Positions 10,120 through 24,265 of a stretch of 64,000 bases of DNA are shown one piece after another (position 1 is the stretch's first letter; each line of letters opens with the position of its first letter). The stretch spans positions 128,001 to 192,000 of the forward strand of contig CAWJPJ010000004.1 of the NCBI GenBank assembly GCA_963844715.1, given 5' to 3'. This stretch comes from an uncultured Phycisphaerales bacterium (GTDB lineage Bacteria; Planctomycetota; Phycisphaerae; Tepidisphaerales; Tepidisphaeraceae). The translations under genes and the position numbers were made by a program. Under the pieces are notes generated by a model, which saw nothing but the letters and a program-made list of their open reading frames with translations, was not told where the DNA came from and did not search any database.

Positions 10120-13100
10120 ATGTTCGATGTGTGGCCTTCGGCGGGCGGGAAATCCATCGTTTCTTATTCTGAATTTTTGCGTGCACGACAAAGGATTAGC
10201 CGTCGCAACCAGCGCCGATTCCGCGCGGTGATGGAAGCGCTGGAGCGGCGTCTGCTGCTGTCTCAGACTTTCACGGTGACGAACCTGGCCGACGACGGGC
10301 GCACGGGCTCGCTGCGCTGGGCGGTCGAGCAGGCGATGACGGCCGGGGGGACGAACACGATCGACTTCACGGTCAGCCTGAGCGGAACCATCAACATGCT
10401 TAACGGTCCGAATCATCTCGGACCGCTTGTGTTTAACAGCGGGACGAATACCACCATCAAGGGGACGCCGCTGATCAATATCGACGGGAACGACGATTCC
10501 ACGGTTTGGGAAGTTGAGTCGGGCGCAGACTTTGACTCTGGATGATGTCACTACCACGGGCGGGAACTTTTTTGGCCCGATCTCCGCCGGGGATATCTAC
10601 AACGACGGAACGCTGAATATCACCGACGGCTCCGATATCGTCGGCGTGGCGGAGGCGAACTATCACAGCATCGAAGTCCCGGTCGGAACTCTCGAAGGCG
10701 ATGGCGGGGCCATCTTCAACGACGCCGGCGCAGGTTCTCAACATCACCGGCGCGACGACCACGATCTCCGGGTCCGCCGAACTCGGCGGCGGAATCTACA
10801 ACACGGGCGGGACGGTGAGCATCACCGGGGCTTCCATTACCGGAACGGCGAGCACGGGCGGCGGCATCCTCAACACCGACGGGGGAATGGTCACCATTCT
10901 GGGCGCCACTTTTGACGCCTGTGCCGCTGACGAGGCCGGCGCCGCGATCTGCAACGAAAACGGGAGCATGCTCACCGCCACGAACAGCACCTTCACCGGC
11001 GGTTCGGCCGAATGGGGCGGGGAGATCGCTAACTATTCTTACGGGACGATGACTCTGGCTGGGGATACCCTCACCACCGGGACGGCGACGGACGGGGGCG
11101 GGATCTTCAATTACACCGGCGCTTTGCTCAACATCACGGGCACGACCATCAGCGCGAACACGGCTTCCTTCTACGGCGGCGGCATCTACAACTTTCAGGG
11201 AACGGTTAACTTCGCGGGCACCGACGAAGACAACAACGCTCTGGATGGGGGCGGCGTTTACAACGTGGGCGGGACGGTTACCGTCAATAATTCCACTATC
11301 ACGGGAAACAGCGCAACCGGGATCGCCAATCCCACGTATCGCGATCCGGGGGTTATCTACATCAGCGCGTACGGGGCGGGAATCGATAACACCAGCGAAG
11401 GTTCTTCCATCGAGCAATCCGTTCTCATCGTCGAAAACAGCATCATCTCCGCCAACATTGATCTTACCGGCCAAACCGGCGGCAACGCCAAGGGCGGGGG
11501 CATCTACAGCAACATCGGTTCCGTCACCGTCACCAACACCACGATCAACGACAACGTCGCCAACAGCAACAACAATTTCGCCGACGGCGCCGGGATTTAT
11601 AGTCTGACCGATACGGTGAAGATTTCCGACAGCACGATTTCCGCCAACACCGGAACGACCGGTGGGACCGGACCGACGACGCCGACTGACATTCCGTTCG
11701 TTTACGGCTTCGGGGGCGGTGTGGACAGCGCGGGCGGTGATACCATCAAGATGGTCAACAGCACGGTTGCCTATAACGACATCATCGATACAAGCAGCAA
11801 TGGAAACGCGCAGGGCGGCGGTTTTTGGGATGCGGGCAACGTCACGATCACTAACTCAACGATCGCCGACAATTCCGCTCTGGGGGCACCCTTCAATTTG
11901 GATACGCCGGACACGGAGGGCGGCGGGTTCTTCATCACTGGCTCGGGGAATACGACTATTTACAATACGCTGGTCGGTGATAACGCGGTTCAGCAGGGGA
12001 GTGGAAGCGGTTTTGCGCCGCAGGATTTCGACGGGTCTCTGGACCGCAGTCTTGGCAGCGGACAAACGGCAAGCTCGTTCAATCTCGTGAGCACGCGGTT
12101 GTCGGGGAACGGGTTTAATATCGCCGGGGGTCTGACTAACGGGGTCAACGGAAATATCGTCGGCTCCGATCCGAACCTCGGCTTGCTCCAGGACAACGGG
12201 GGCGATACCGATACGATGGGTCTGCTTTTTGGGAGTCCCGCCATCAACGCCGGCGACAACGCCCTGGCCGTCGATCTAAACGGGAATCCGCTGACAGCCG
12301 ACCAGCGTGGCGGAACTTTTGTTCGAATCATCGACGGCACCGTCGACATCGGCGCTTTCGAGAATCAAAATCCCTCGGGCGACGGCAGCCCCACGGATTC
12401 CGGGGCCTCGTCTCCGGGCGTCAGTTCCTCGAGCAGCGACTCGAGCAGTACGTCGACCGACACCAGCGGAACCAGCGGCTCTTCAATAATCGTTCCCTCT
12501 TTGATTTACGTCGGCAACGTCGCGGCGCCGACTGATGTCATCACCCCGTCGCCATCGAACACGGGCGTACCTTATTCTCCGCAGCAAATTGACGCGGCGT
12601 ATGGGGTGGATCTGGTCTCCTTTGGGGGAACGGCGGGGACGGGAGCGGGAGTCACCGTCGCGATTGTGGACGCATATGACGACGCCGATGTGGTTTCCGA
12701 CGCGAACGTCTTCAGCGACGCGTTCGATCTTCCGAACTTCAATGTAGGCGGTCCGACCTTGCAGGTATACAACGAAGCGGGGGCGCTTGGACGGCGCCGG
12801 CGGACGCTACGCCGCCCAGCGCCATCGAAATGGACTGGCTTGAGGAAGAGGCTCTGGACGTCGAATGGGTTCACGCCATCGCGCCGATGGCGAACATCGA
12901 CGTCTTTGAAGCCACGACTCAAAATCTCAGCGACCTGATGACTACCGTGCAAAGCGCTGAGAATACGCCTGGCGTGTCCGTCGTTTCGATGAGCTGGGGT
13001 TACCCCGAGACGCCGCTCAATGTGGGCCAAAACAGTATTTTCACCACGCCGATTGGCCATTCACCGATCACTTTCGTGGCGAGTTCGGGGGATGATGCTT

Positions 13101-15445
13101 CGCCCGATGAGTCGTTCCCCGCAACGAGTCCCAACGTCGTCGCCGTCGGCGGTACGCGACTGAACATCAACACGGATGGAACGTACGGGACGGAATCGGC
13201 GTGGGACGGCGGGGGCGGGGGGGTCAGCCTGTACCAATCGCAACCGTCTTACCAGGTGGGCAATGTGGATGGCGTCAGTTCTACCAATCGCGCCGCCCCG
13301 GATGTTGCTGCCGATGCGGATCCGGCAACCGGCGTCTACGAATTTTTCAGCTACAGCAACGGAAGCATGATCATCGACAATTGGGGGCAGATCGGCGGAA
13401 CCAGTTTGGCGGCCCCGATTATGTCAGGGATGATCGCCATCGCCGATCAGGGGCGGGCGCTGGGCGGCCAATCGGCTCTTGACGGGCCGACGCAGACACT
13501 CCCCATGCTCTATGCCGCCCCGGCGTCCGACTTCAACAGCATCACGACCGGTGATAACGGTTATCTCGCAACCGCGGACTATAATTTGGCGACAGGACTG
13601 GGGACGCCCATCGCGTACAAGCTCATTCCGTATCTGGCGGGTTTCAGTTCGCCCGCGCCGCATCTGGTGTTCACGAGCCAACCCACGACGGAGGTTGCCG
13701 GGCAGGATATCAATTCGATTACGGTGGCGGTCGAGGACGGAAGCGGGAATGTGATTACGAGCTTTGATGGGACGGTTGGACTTGCCGCGGAGGGTGGGCC
13801 GGGCACATTGGCGGGCACGGTTACGGAACAGGCGGTCAATGGCGTGGCCACGTTCAGCGGGGTCGATCTGACCGAGATCGGGACCTATACGTTGCAAGCC
13901 GCCAGCGGGGATTTGCCGGATGTGCAGTCCGGGAGTTTCGCGGTTGTCCCGGCGGCCGCGGCTAAGCTGGTCTTCCTGGAGCAACCGAGCACAGCGGCGG
14001 CGACGGCGCCGATTTCGCCGGCTATTTCCGTTGAAGTTGAGGATCAATTTGGGAATGTGGTCACGACCGATTCTTCTGACATCACGCTGGCTATCACGCA
14101 AGGGCCGAGCGGCGCCGCGTTGAATGGGACGACCACTGAGGCCGCCGTCAGCGGTGTCGCGACTTTCGCCAACCTTTCCATCAATACGGCCGGAACCTAT
14201 GAACTGACGGCCAGCGATGGGAGTCTCACATCGGTGGTCTCGAACCAGTTCATTGTCACGCTTGGCGTGCTGTCGCAACTCGGATTCAAAGTCGAGCCGA
14301 CGACGATCGCCGCTGGAGGCGTTATCAGCCCGGCTTTGCAGGTCGTTCTGGAAGACAACGGCGGGAACCCGGTTGTCGGTTACACGGAAAACGTGACGCT
14401 CTCGATCGCGTCGGGTTCGGGGACGCTCAAGGGAACGCTCACGCAGATTACCAGCGGGGGCGTGGCGACGTTCAGCAATATTTCCATTGACTCGGCCGGG
14501 ACGTTCACCCTGCTGGCGACGACGACGGGGAATATCAACGGGACGTCGACGAGCTTTACGGTTACGGCGGGGGCGGCAAAGGAATTGAGCTTCGTGGACG
14601 AGCCGACGAGCACCGCCGCGGGGGCGACGATCACTCCGGCGGTGACGGTGGAGGTTGAAGACCAGTTCGGGAATCTGGTGTCGGATGACGAGAGCACGGT
14701 GAGCCTCTCGCTGGCAAGCGGGGGAGTGCTGGCGGGGACGGTTTCAGCGGCGGCCGTGAACGGCATGGCGACATTCAGCGCCCTGTCGCCGGACGCATCG
14801 GGGTCTCAGGAACTTAAGGCCAGCGACGGAATTCTCACGCCGGCGTTCTCGTCGGCGTTCACGGTGACCCCCGGGGCGGCGACGCAAATCGGATTTATCT
14901 CGACCCCATCGGCTTCGTGGATTGGAACATCGGTCGATCTGCTGGTTGGGGTTGAAGATCAATTCGGCAACGTGGTTTCCTCGGCGCCGGCCGTGATCAC
15001 ACTCACGCCGGTTACCACTCCGAGCGGCGGATCGATTTTGGGTTCGCTGACGGCGACGACCGTGAACGGGGTCGCGACATTCGATCTGGCGCTGGGAACC
15101 GCCGGGACTTATTCGTTCGCGGCGAATAATGATACGTTCGGCACGGCCGACTCCGGGTCCATCACGGGGCTCACTCCGCCGGTGCGGCGTTATCTGTTCA
15201 ACGGGGTTCCGATCGGCCCGGTGCTGCTCTCCTTCCAGGAGAAGAACACGGTGGGCGGACTTCCGCCGGCGTCGGACTTTGTCGCGGATTCCGCGCCGTT
15301 GCCGGATATAGCTCCGGCTATCAAGGTGATGACGGACATTGCGCAGACCGCTCCGCAGTCGGCTGCCGCGGGGAGTCCGTTCTCGGATGTGCCGGTTAAT
15401 AATCTGGATGCGACGAGCGACGAGTTGGATTCGCTGCTGGATTGA
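10120..15445 (+). CDS. Large secreted protein (~1770 aa, about 3 frameshifts): LExRxLL motif, beta-helix repeats, choice-of-anchor-Q-like region, S53 sedolisin peptidase, Ig-like repeats
   Basis: EALERRLLLS, GSLRWAV, many GGGIYN repeats, GSPAINAG...DQRG...VDIGAFE, EEEALDVEWVHAIAP / SSGD / GGTSLAAP, five LxFxxQP repeats. Confidence 0.85.
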
Positions 15446-15474
15446 GCGGAATAGGGATTTCGCGGCCTCAAGCT

Positions 15475-15552
15475 ATGACCCTCCTGATGATCTCCGCCCG
15501 GCCCATGAATCGAAAGGAGCGGTCGATCTATGAAAAGAAAACTTCAAACTGA
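15475..15552 (+). pseudogene. C-terminal remnant of a BrnT toxin
   Basis: ISARPMNRKERSIYEK is the BrnT C-terminal motif; overlaps the antitoxin start. Confidence 0.65.
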
Positions 15553-15790
15553 CGCGTCATTCGTTCGCGATGAATCGTCCGCCGGCACGCGGCATCTCGA
15601 CTTGTCCAAAATGCGTCCGGGGTCTTTCCCGGACCTGAAGCCGAGCAGTTCGACGATTTCGCTGCGCCTGCCGATATGGATGCTGCACGAGCTGAAGCGA
15701 TTGGCGAATCAGCGCGACGTTCCTTATCGGAGTTTCATCAAAATGATTCTTGCTGAGCGCTTGGTTCCCGGGAAGAAACGCACCGGGTGA
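15530..15790 (+). CDS. BrnA/CopG-family antitoxin
   Basis: FPDLKPSSSTISLRLP...LKRLANQRDVPYRSFIKMIL. Confidence 0.8.
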   Translation: MKRKLQTDASFVRDESSAGTRHLDLSKMRPGSFPDLKPSSSTISLRLPIWMLHELKRLANQRDVPYRSFIKMILAERLVPGKKRTG

Positions 15791-15933
15791 AGATTCCGGG
15801 CCGGCTGACGCATTACCCAGTTTTCCCGGCGGATGCTTGCTCTCGGGATGCAATGGCGGCCGATGATCCTGGGGCGAGGTGATTTTGCTTTTGACATTCA
15901 AGAGTTCCCGCGGAATGTGCAAGGATGCGCATA

Positions 15934-15954
15934 TCCCGGAGTACCGGGGAGAGG
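15934..15954. repeat. Partial copy of the CCCTCTCCCC...GGGGAGAGGG REP-like family
   Basis: TCCCGGAGTACCGGGGAGAGG; relatives at 26365, 30515, 44857 and 63747. Confidence 0.55.
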
Positions 15955-15997
15955 CGAAGAATTTCAGGCGCGGCGAGGCAGGTTGGGAGGGGGAGCG

Positions 15998-17526
15998 TTA
16001 TTTGTTTCCAAGTGTGAAAATGATGTCGCCCTTTCCCGTGGCGTCTCTTTCCACGCCGCCGTCGTCGACTTCGTCGGGGCCTACGCTGTAAACGATCCAT
16101 TTGTTCTCTTTGATCGCTAGCCGCAAGGGATGGCCGTCGAAGGGATCGGTGGGTATGGCGGGCAAATATTTTGGGACCAGGGCATTCAGATTGTCGGGGA
16201 GTTTTCCGTGGTCCAGGCGATAGCGGGTTGCGGCGACGGCGGTTTGTGCGCAGGCGTCCGTCGCCTGGAATCTCGCGAAGGTCTGCAGGGCCATTAAGAG
16301 ACTCGGCGCCTGAATTTGCACGAACAAGCCGCCTAGTCGCGCGCCGCCCGGCGAATACGGCAACTGATCACCAATCTCGTAGTAGGGCTGGGTCGCCGCG
16401 TTTTGCAGTCGCTCCATCAGTTGGGAGTAGCCGCGCGAGTCCGTCCATATCCACTGAAATTGCCCCCACAAGCCATCCGATACCGGCAATTGATATATCC
16501 GTAGTCCATATCTTTCCTCCCCGCGCATCGCTTGTTGAAAAGCGATATCAGCCTGCGGTAGATTTTCCAAATTCAATTCATGCAAATCCTCCTGCTTTGC
16601 AACCGATGGAAGTGATTCTTCCAACGCCGCATCGCCCAGCGCCGATTCCAAGTCCAAGCAGTGACTGAACCAACAAGGGTCTTCGCATCAATTGTCGACT
16701 GAGGTGCAAGATGGCATTCGCATCTTCGATTGCCGACTCGATATTCCCGCGCGCGATCTCCTCCTTAGCATTAAGCCACAGAAGCCTGGCCGCGGTTTGC
16801 TCACACCCTAACCCGGTTGCGAAGCGTAAGGGGAAATCCGGTACCTGTAAGTCGTCGTCGAACTGACACCGCCGCATGGTCGCCGCTGCGCAATTCGTCG
16901 ATCGCGGCGGCATGGCGATTCAGATACGCGAGGGTGGCGGGCTCTTTTGGATCAAAAGTAACGGAATCGCCGAAGGGTCGGTTGTGAATATCGGTTCCTG
17001 GATCAGCCGCGAGTTCTGCAAATACCTTTGAATAGATTGGCGCCGCATTCGGTCCATTGCCGTTGATTGCGGCCGCTGTCGCCGCGTATTCCGTGGCCAC
17101 CGCGTCGCTTCGGGAAATGGTCCGCGCCAGAGACGCCCGATTCAAATGGAAGGCTACAAGATATGCCGCCCCTATCGCGGCAAGCAAACCAAGCACACGG
17201 GGCGTTCGACGCCATCGAGCACTGGCGGGGCGGGAATGTTGGCGATACCGCGAGGCGCGATAAATAATCAATATGCCGGCGATCAGATAGGCCGCGGCTA
17301 GCGAAGTGAAATACGCGAACCAATTGTCCTCGACTCTTAGGCTGAATTTCCAAAACCCTGCGAGAAGGACCAAGCTAGCCAGTAACGCCGACGGCACAAG
17401 AAAGAACAGAATCAAACTCGCGATTCGCAACCACGCCGGCCTGATTCGCCCCAGAAACGCAGCCGCCGCGGCTACCCATAGCCAGGACGCGAGCAACATG
17501 CTGACCCAGAAGAGCCCGACGTACAT
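15998..17526 (-). CDS. Hypothetical membrane protein, 2 frameshifts
   Basis: N-terminal TM helices; C-terminal YRLDHGKLP..L..LVPKYL..IPTDPFDG...YSVGPD..DDGG (pseudopilin-like tail). Confidence 0.65.
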
Positions 17527-17661
17527 TCAAACCCTCAATCGACTTCCGGCGAAGTCAAATCTTGTCTGGTATTGTACTCCTTGGGGGGGCGAGAGGGGGG
17601 GCGATGCGGGATTCTGGGTGGTGGGGTGGTTTGTGGGACTGACTTTGTGGAGGGAGGGGCA

Positions 17662-17685
17662 CGCGGTGCTGCGCACCGCCGCTAA
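17662..17685. repeat. 24-bp palindromic REP-like repeat (copy of 7768-7791)
   Basis: Identical sequence, intergenic. Confidence 0.8.
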
Positions 17686-17729
17686 ATGGGAAGACGATTG
17701 AAATTGGGCCGGTGCCGGTTTCTGCGTTT

Positions 17730-18248
17730 CTACTTCAGTTGGGACTGGATCGCGGCGACCAGGTCCTCAAACTCGAATGATCCGTCGTTCCTTTCCCCGT
17801 TGATGAAAAAGGTTGGGGTGCCGTTGACGCCGCTGCGGGCGCCGCCTAGGAAATCACTTTTTACTTTGGGCTGATATTTGCCGGTGGTTAGGGCGGTTTT
17901 TAGTCCTTCGGCGGAGAGCTTCAGATCGGTGGCCAATTGGAAGAGCAGGGCGTCGCTTAGTTCCTGCTGGTTCTCGAAGATCGCATCGTGCATTTCCCAG
18001 AATTTCTTGTGCGCGGCGGCGAATTCGGCGGTTTCGGCGGCCGCTTCGGCGCTGGGGTGAATCTCGTTGAGCGGGAAATTCCGGAAAACGAAGGCCAGCT
18101 TGTCTCCAAAATGTTTCTGAACCGCTTTGACGATCGGATAGGCGTGCCCGCAGTGGGGGCACTGGTAATCCCCGTACTCGACGAGCATAACTGTGGCGTC
18201 GATTTCACCCTGAAGATGATCGTCGGCGCTGACGGGAATTTTTAGCAT
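17730..18248 (-). CDS. DsbA-family thioredoxin-fold protein
   Basis: EYGDYQCPHC and GVNGTPTFFING. Confidence 0.9.
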   Translation of the reverse strand: MLKIPVSADDHLQGEIDATVMLVEYGDYQCPHCGHAYPIVKAVQKHFGDKLAFVFRNFPLNEIHPSAEAAAETAEFAAAHKKFWEMHDAIFENQQELSDALLFQLATDLKLSAEGLKTALTTGKYQPKVKSDFLGGARSGVNGTPTFFINGERNDGSFEFEDLVAAIQSQLK

Positions 18249-18264
18249 GGCTTATGCTCCTGGT

Positions 18265-18732
18265 TTATTTGGGGAGGGACTCCAGAGCCGAGAGAATTCC
18301 GTCGGCGCCGGGATTGACCGCGACGGGCGAGCAGTAACTCCAAAAAATCACGCCTTTGCTGTCGATCACAAAGAGAGCCCGTTCGCAAAAGCCGTCCTGC
18401 GGCCGATACGCGCCGTAAGCTTTGGCGACTTTGCCCTTGGGCTCGAAATCCGCCAGGAGGGGGAAATGCAGGTGTCTTGCGTCGGCGAACGCCTCGTGAC
18501 ACCAGACGCCGTCGACGGAGATTCCGAGGAGTTCCGCCTTGTGTTTTTCAAACTCGGGGAGAATTTCGTTGTAGACCGCCATTTGATCGCCGCAGACGGG
18601 GCTGAAATCGGCCGGATAGAACGCGAGAATCACCGGGCGACCGCGAAGCTCGCTGAGGGAAAGCTTTTGATCGGGGGTGACATTCAATGTGAAATCCGGC
18701 GCGGCGGTTCCGGGTCCCAATAGGTTTGGCAT
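18265..18732 (-). CDS. Peroxiredoxin (AhpC/TSA family)
   Basis: AFYPADFSPVC peroxidatic motif; ERALFVID. Confidence 0.88.
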   Translation of the reverse strand: MPNLLGPGTAAPDFTLNVTPDQKLSLSELRGRPVILAFYPADFSPVCGDQMAVYNEILPEFEKHKAELLGISVDGVWCHEAFADARHLHFPLLADFEPKGKVAKAYGAYRPQDGFCERALFVIDSKGVIFWSYCSPVAVNPGADGILSALESLPK

Positions 18733-18860
18733 TATCGAGCTCCGTGATTTCCGGTCATTCCTGCGGTCGGGAGCGCTGAATGCTACACCTAGTCTGTCAA
18801 TTCTGGCAATGAAATTTTTGCCCGGCGACAATGAGATCGGCGTTTAGGCGGCATGCCGAA

Positions 18861-19478
18861 TTATGTCCCCGCGCCGATCGTCTGCCGAAACCGCTCAACA
18901 ACTTGCTCGGCAATCGCCCGATTTTTCGATGAGAATCGGTAGCTTATCGACGATGTTCCGGCACGATGGATGGTCAAATCGCATGCTTTCGAAGTGGGAT
19001 GCAAATTCCATTTGAGCGGTTTGAGCGTGATGTCGGTAATCTCGCTTGCGGGCCAGAATTTCTGCTTCATTCCGAACCAGCCGAGATGCGACGATGTCAC
19101 GCCTTGCTTGCTCGCGGTCAGGACCCTCGGGACGCGCCCCCATTTGCGGTATTTCCGCCAATCGAGGATCGCGAAGATCCAAAGGATCGAAGGCCCGACC
19201 CACAATCGCAGTGCAAACACCCAGAAAAAATGCCAGGGATAGCGCAACAGCGGGGCCACGGGGAACATGCCGTGGGTTCGCCAGAAACGAAACACGACGA
19301 TGACGGGACCGAAGGTCCATGCGGCCGCCAGTGCCGCGCAGATTGAAGGATTAATCACGTATACCCAGGTTGGCGCGACGGGAAAGGTGATCCGAACGAA
19401 ATCCGCGCCGTCTTCCAGCGTGAGCCGCTCGGGGGGCTGAGGGTGGGGAACCCGATATCCGATAACTTGATCCGCCAT
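18861..19478 (-). CDS. Hypothetical membrane protein
   Basis: 205-aa ORF with two hydrophobic segments, directly downstream of the preceding minus-strand gene. Confidence 0.55.
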   Translation of the reverse strand: MADQVIGYRVPHPQPPERLTLEDGADFVRITFPVAPTWVYVINPSICAALAAAWTFGPVIVVFRFWRTHGMFPVAPLLRYPWHFFWVFALRLWVGPSILWIFAILDWRKYRKWGRVPRVLTASKQGVTSSHLGWFGMKQKFWPASEITDITLKPLKWNLHPTSKACDLTIHRAGTSSISYRFSSKNRAIAEQVVERFRQTIGAGT

Positions 19479-19489
19479 GTTGCCCGCGG

Positions 19490-21538
<2,049 letters not shown>

Positions 21539-21577
21539 AATTTGACCCGGTCAACCAATGACCACGTAGCCGCGGCC

Positions 21578-22048
21578 ATGGTTGAACAGGCCGACAAATC
21601 TTCCGACAACCCCGTTCCAAGCGATGATGAATCACTCATCGCCTTTTTAAGCGAACGCGATGTCCAGTGTCCCGTTTGCCAATACAACTTGCGGGGCTTG
21701 ATCCGACCTCGGTGCCCTGAATGCGGGACGGCGCTTCGTCTGACCGTTGGCACCGTCGACGCCTACGCCGGGACGTGGATCGCCATGACCTGTACTCTTT
21801 TTTCCGTCGGCGGAGTCGGGGTGCTATTCATCTATGCTTGCGGTAGAGACGGTGCGCCTCAATTTTCCCATTTCTGGCAAGGCGCTTGTTTCTACGGGGT
21901 CATGGCGTGTGCGCCGGCATCCGCTGTAGCGATCTTCTTCAGGCGGAGATTTCAACGTCTTTCGATGCCGGTTCAACGCTTAATTTCCCTAACGATCATG
22001 GCTTTGGCGTTGCTGGTACTCGTCGGGGCTATTTCTGCAATCGGATGA
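21578..22048 (+). CDS. Zn-ribbon membrane protein, paralog 1
   Basis: CPVCQYNLRGL..PRCPECG followed by 3 TM helices. Confidence 0.7.
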   Translation: MVEQADKSSDNPVPSDDESLIAFLSERDVQCPVCQYNLRGLIRPRCPECGTALRLTVGTVDAYAGTWIAMTCTLFSVGGVGVLFIYACGRDGAPQFSHFWQGACFYGVMACAPASAVAIFFRRRFQRLSMPVQRLISLTIMALALLVLVGAISAIG

Positions 22049-22189
22049 GATATTTTCGCGCCCCGGTGACTTAACCAAGCTCGCGGCCATACGATCAATC
22101 GATGAAAGACCCCCTCGTCTTCCCGCCGGACCTGCCAAATTCTCTGCAAAAAAACCTGCCGGATTACGTCTACCTGACGGAGGTGACTT

Positions 22190-22663
22190 ATGCTGAGCCG
22201 CTCGGTTGGAAACCTACCGGACTCGCCGTCTGATGAAGATCCAATTCTCGTCGCATACCTGAGCGAGCGCGACATCCGGTGCCCACATTGCGGGTATAAC
22301 CTGCGCTCGCTCACTCATTCACGCTGCCCCGAATGCGGTAGTCAGATTAGGCTCACCGTCAGCGTGGTGGATTCCTTCTCAATGGCGTGGGTGTGCATGA
22401 TGTGCATCATCTGCGCGGCCGGCGGGATCGGCGCGTGCCTGATCTATTTCTCAATTTGCGATGGAATTCCGCTGCATATGCACTGGGCGTGGTGGCAATA
22501 CGCTTGCTTGTTTGGCGTCATGGCCTGTGCGCCCGCGACCATTTTTGGATTCTTTTTCCGACGTCGGTTTCATCGGTTGCAAAGCTATGTTCAGTGGCGG
22601 CTTGCGTGCGCGCTTTCCGGGCTGGTCGCGGCTTTCTTTTTGTTGCCGGTGTTATTTTCGTAA
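22190..22663 (+). CDS. Zn-ribbon membrane protein, paralog 2
   Basis: CPHCGYNLRSL..SRCPECG followed by 3 TM helices; clearly similar to paralog 1. Confidence 0.7.
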   Translation: MLSRSVGNLPDSPSDEDPILVAYLSERDIRCPHCGYNLRSLTHSRCPECGSQIRLTVSVVDSFSMAWVCMMCIICAAGGIGACLIYFSICDGIPLHMHWAWWQYACLFGVMACAPATIFGFFFRRRFHRLQSYVQWRLACALSGLVAAFFLLPVLFS

Positions 22664-22670
22664 GCACGCT

Positions 22671-23153
22671 TTAGCCAAACTCAACGCGCTTAGCGGATTG
22701 CTTTCTTCCCAACCGGCCGATCACGACCTCGGCTTTGAAATAATTCTCCCCGCGCACGGGCGATCCTGCCAGTCGCCTCAGCGTTGCCAGTTGCCCGATA
22801 TGGGTCAGCGCATCCGCGAAGGGCCCTTGAAACAATTTCTCCGCCGGCGCGGCCAGTGGCGCATTTGAGCGCAGATAATCATCGAATTTCTTCAGTGCCG
22901 CGTAGAATCGGCTGACCCCCTGCGGCCAGGATTTCACTTTCGTATTCCGCCACTTGGGGCTTCGACTGGCCATCGCGTAGGCCCAGTCCATGAGATCGCA
23001 AAGATGAGCGAGGATTTCGGCGGCCGATCGCGTGGTCTTTGCCGCGCGAACGGTCGCGAATCCCTTCGGCGCTTTCCGTAGCGGCTTTTCCGCGCGATAG
23101 GCGAGCGTCGCCAAAGTATGTCGAAGAAAATCGCGGTCCGCATGCTGACTCAT
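22671..23153 (-). CDS. DinB-like protein
   Basis: LRHTLATLAYR...ILAHLCDL...DALTHIGQLATLRR. Confidence 0.7.
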   Translation of the reverse strand: MSQHADRDFLRHTLATLAYRAEKPLRKAPKGFATVRAAKTTRSAAEILAHLCDLMDWAYAMASRSPKWRNTKVKSWPQGVSRFYAALKKFDDYLRSNAPLAAPAEKLFQGPFADALTHIGQLATLRRLAGSPVRGENYFKAEVVIGRLGRKQSAKRVEFG

Positions 23154-23231
23154 ATGCGCGGCCTTAATTGTCGCCCGTGTTCGATGAGCCGCATTTACTG
23201 GCAACTGGTAACTCGCAACTTTTCGAATCGA

Positions 23232-23768
23232 CTATTTCCCTGGCCGTTCCTTCAGATCCTTTAACATCGGGGCCCCCGAATCGCGCTTTGAGACCGTTGG
23301 GCTTCCTCCCTCATACCAACTTTTCGGCAATCCCAGGGCGGGATCATTCCAGCGCACGCCATATTCATCCTTGCCGGTATATTCGACGTCCACCAAGTAC
23401 ATAATCGTTGCCGACCCCTCGATCCGATATCCGTGCAAAACCCCGGGCGGAATATACAAGCCCTTGGGCTCGGCCGCGGATAGGGGGATCGTCCTGGCGA
23501 CCCGATGGGTCGGCGAACCTGGGCGCAGATCTACCAGGGCGACGGTGATTTTGCCTTCGGGAACCACCCAAAAATCGGTCTGAAGTTTGTGAAAATGCAG
23601 TCCGCGCACGACGCTTCCCGTTGAATGGGAGACGTTCCATTGCGCCCATGGGCGATTGGCAAACCAACTGGCGCGAAAGGCTTCGTAGAAATAGCCGCGC
23701 TCGTCCTCTCGCTTGGTCAGCAGGACGAGCTTTACGCCGTCGATTCCCGTTTCTTCTTCGTCAATCAC
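23232..23768 (-). CDS. rfbC: dTDP-4-dehydrorhamnose 3,5-epimerase
   Basis: [47 protein letters not shown] start overlaps the purE stop. Confidence 0.85.
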   Translation of the reverse strand: MIDEEETGIDGVKLVLLTKREDERGYFYEAFRASWFANRPWAQWNVSHSTGSVVRGLHFHKLQTDFWVVPEGKITVALVDLRPGSPTHRVARTIPLSAAEPKGLYIPPGVLHGYRIEGSATIMYLVDVEYTGKDEYGVRWNDPALGLPKSWYEGGSPTVSKRDSGAPMLKDLKERPGK

Positions 23769-24265
23769 GGCAGTTTCTCCGCCAGAATTTTCTTTGCCTG
23801 ATCGGCCCGATACTTCAGCAATTTCTCGCGCAAATCCGGGCGCGAATCGGCCAAAATCGCGATGGCAAACAGGGCCGCGTTGATCGCGCCGGGTTTTCCG
23901 ATAGCCAGCGTGGCGACGGGGATTCCCGCCGGCATTTGTACGGTCGATAGGAGCGAATCGATTCCGTTCAAGGCCGCGCTTTGCATCGGGACGCCCAGCA
24001 CGGGGAGGACGGTGTGCGCGGCGGTGACGCCCGCGAGGTGCGCGGCGCCTCCGGCGGCGGCGATGATGACCTTCACGCCGCGGCCCATCGCCCCGGCCAC
24101 GAATTCGCTGGTGGCCTCGGGGGTTCGATGGGCTGAAAGCACCCGGCATTCATTGGGGACGCCGAAATCGTTCAGCGTATTGGCGGCGTGCTGCATGGTT
24201 TCCCAGTCCGATTTGCTCCCCATGATGATGGCAACCAGTGGGGAGGATTCCGCGGATTTGCTCAT
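23765..24265 (-). CDS. purE: N5-carboxyaminoimidazole ribonucleotide mutase
   Basis: [34 protein letters not shown]. Confidence 0.97.
   Translation of the reverse strand: MSKSAESSPLVAIIMGSKSDWETMQHAANTLNDFGVPNECRVLSAHRTPEATSEFVAGAMGRGVKVIIAAAGGAAHLAGVTAAHTVLPVLGVPMQSAALNGIDSLLSTVQMPAGIPVATLAIGKPGAINAALFAIAILADSRPDLREKLLKYRADQAKKILAEKLP

Noticed and set aside
15838..15885. Duplicate of the protease gene 3' end after brnA (a third att-like case)
   Set aside because: Only patchy similarity (CTCGG-GATG, ATC-TGG); not distinguishable from chance by eye.
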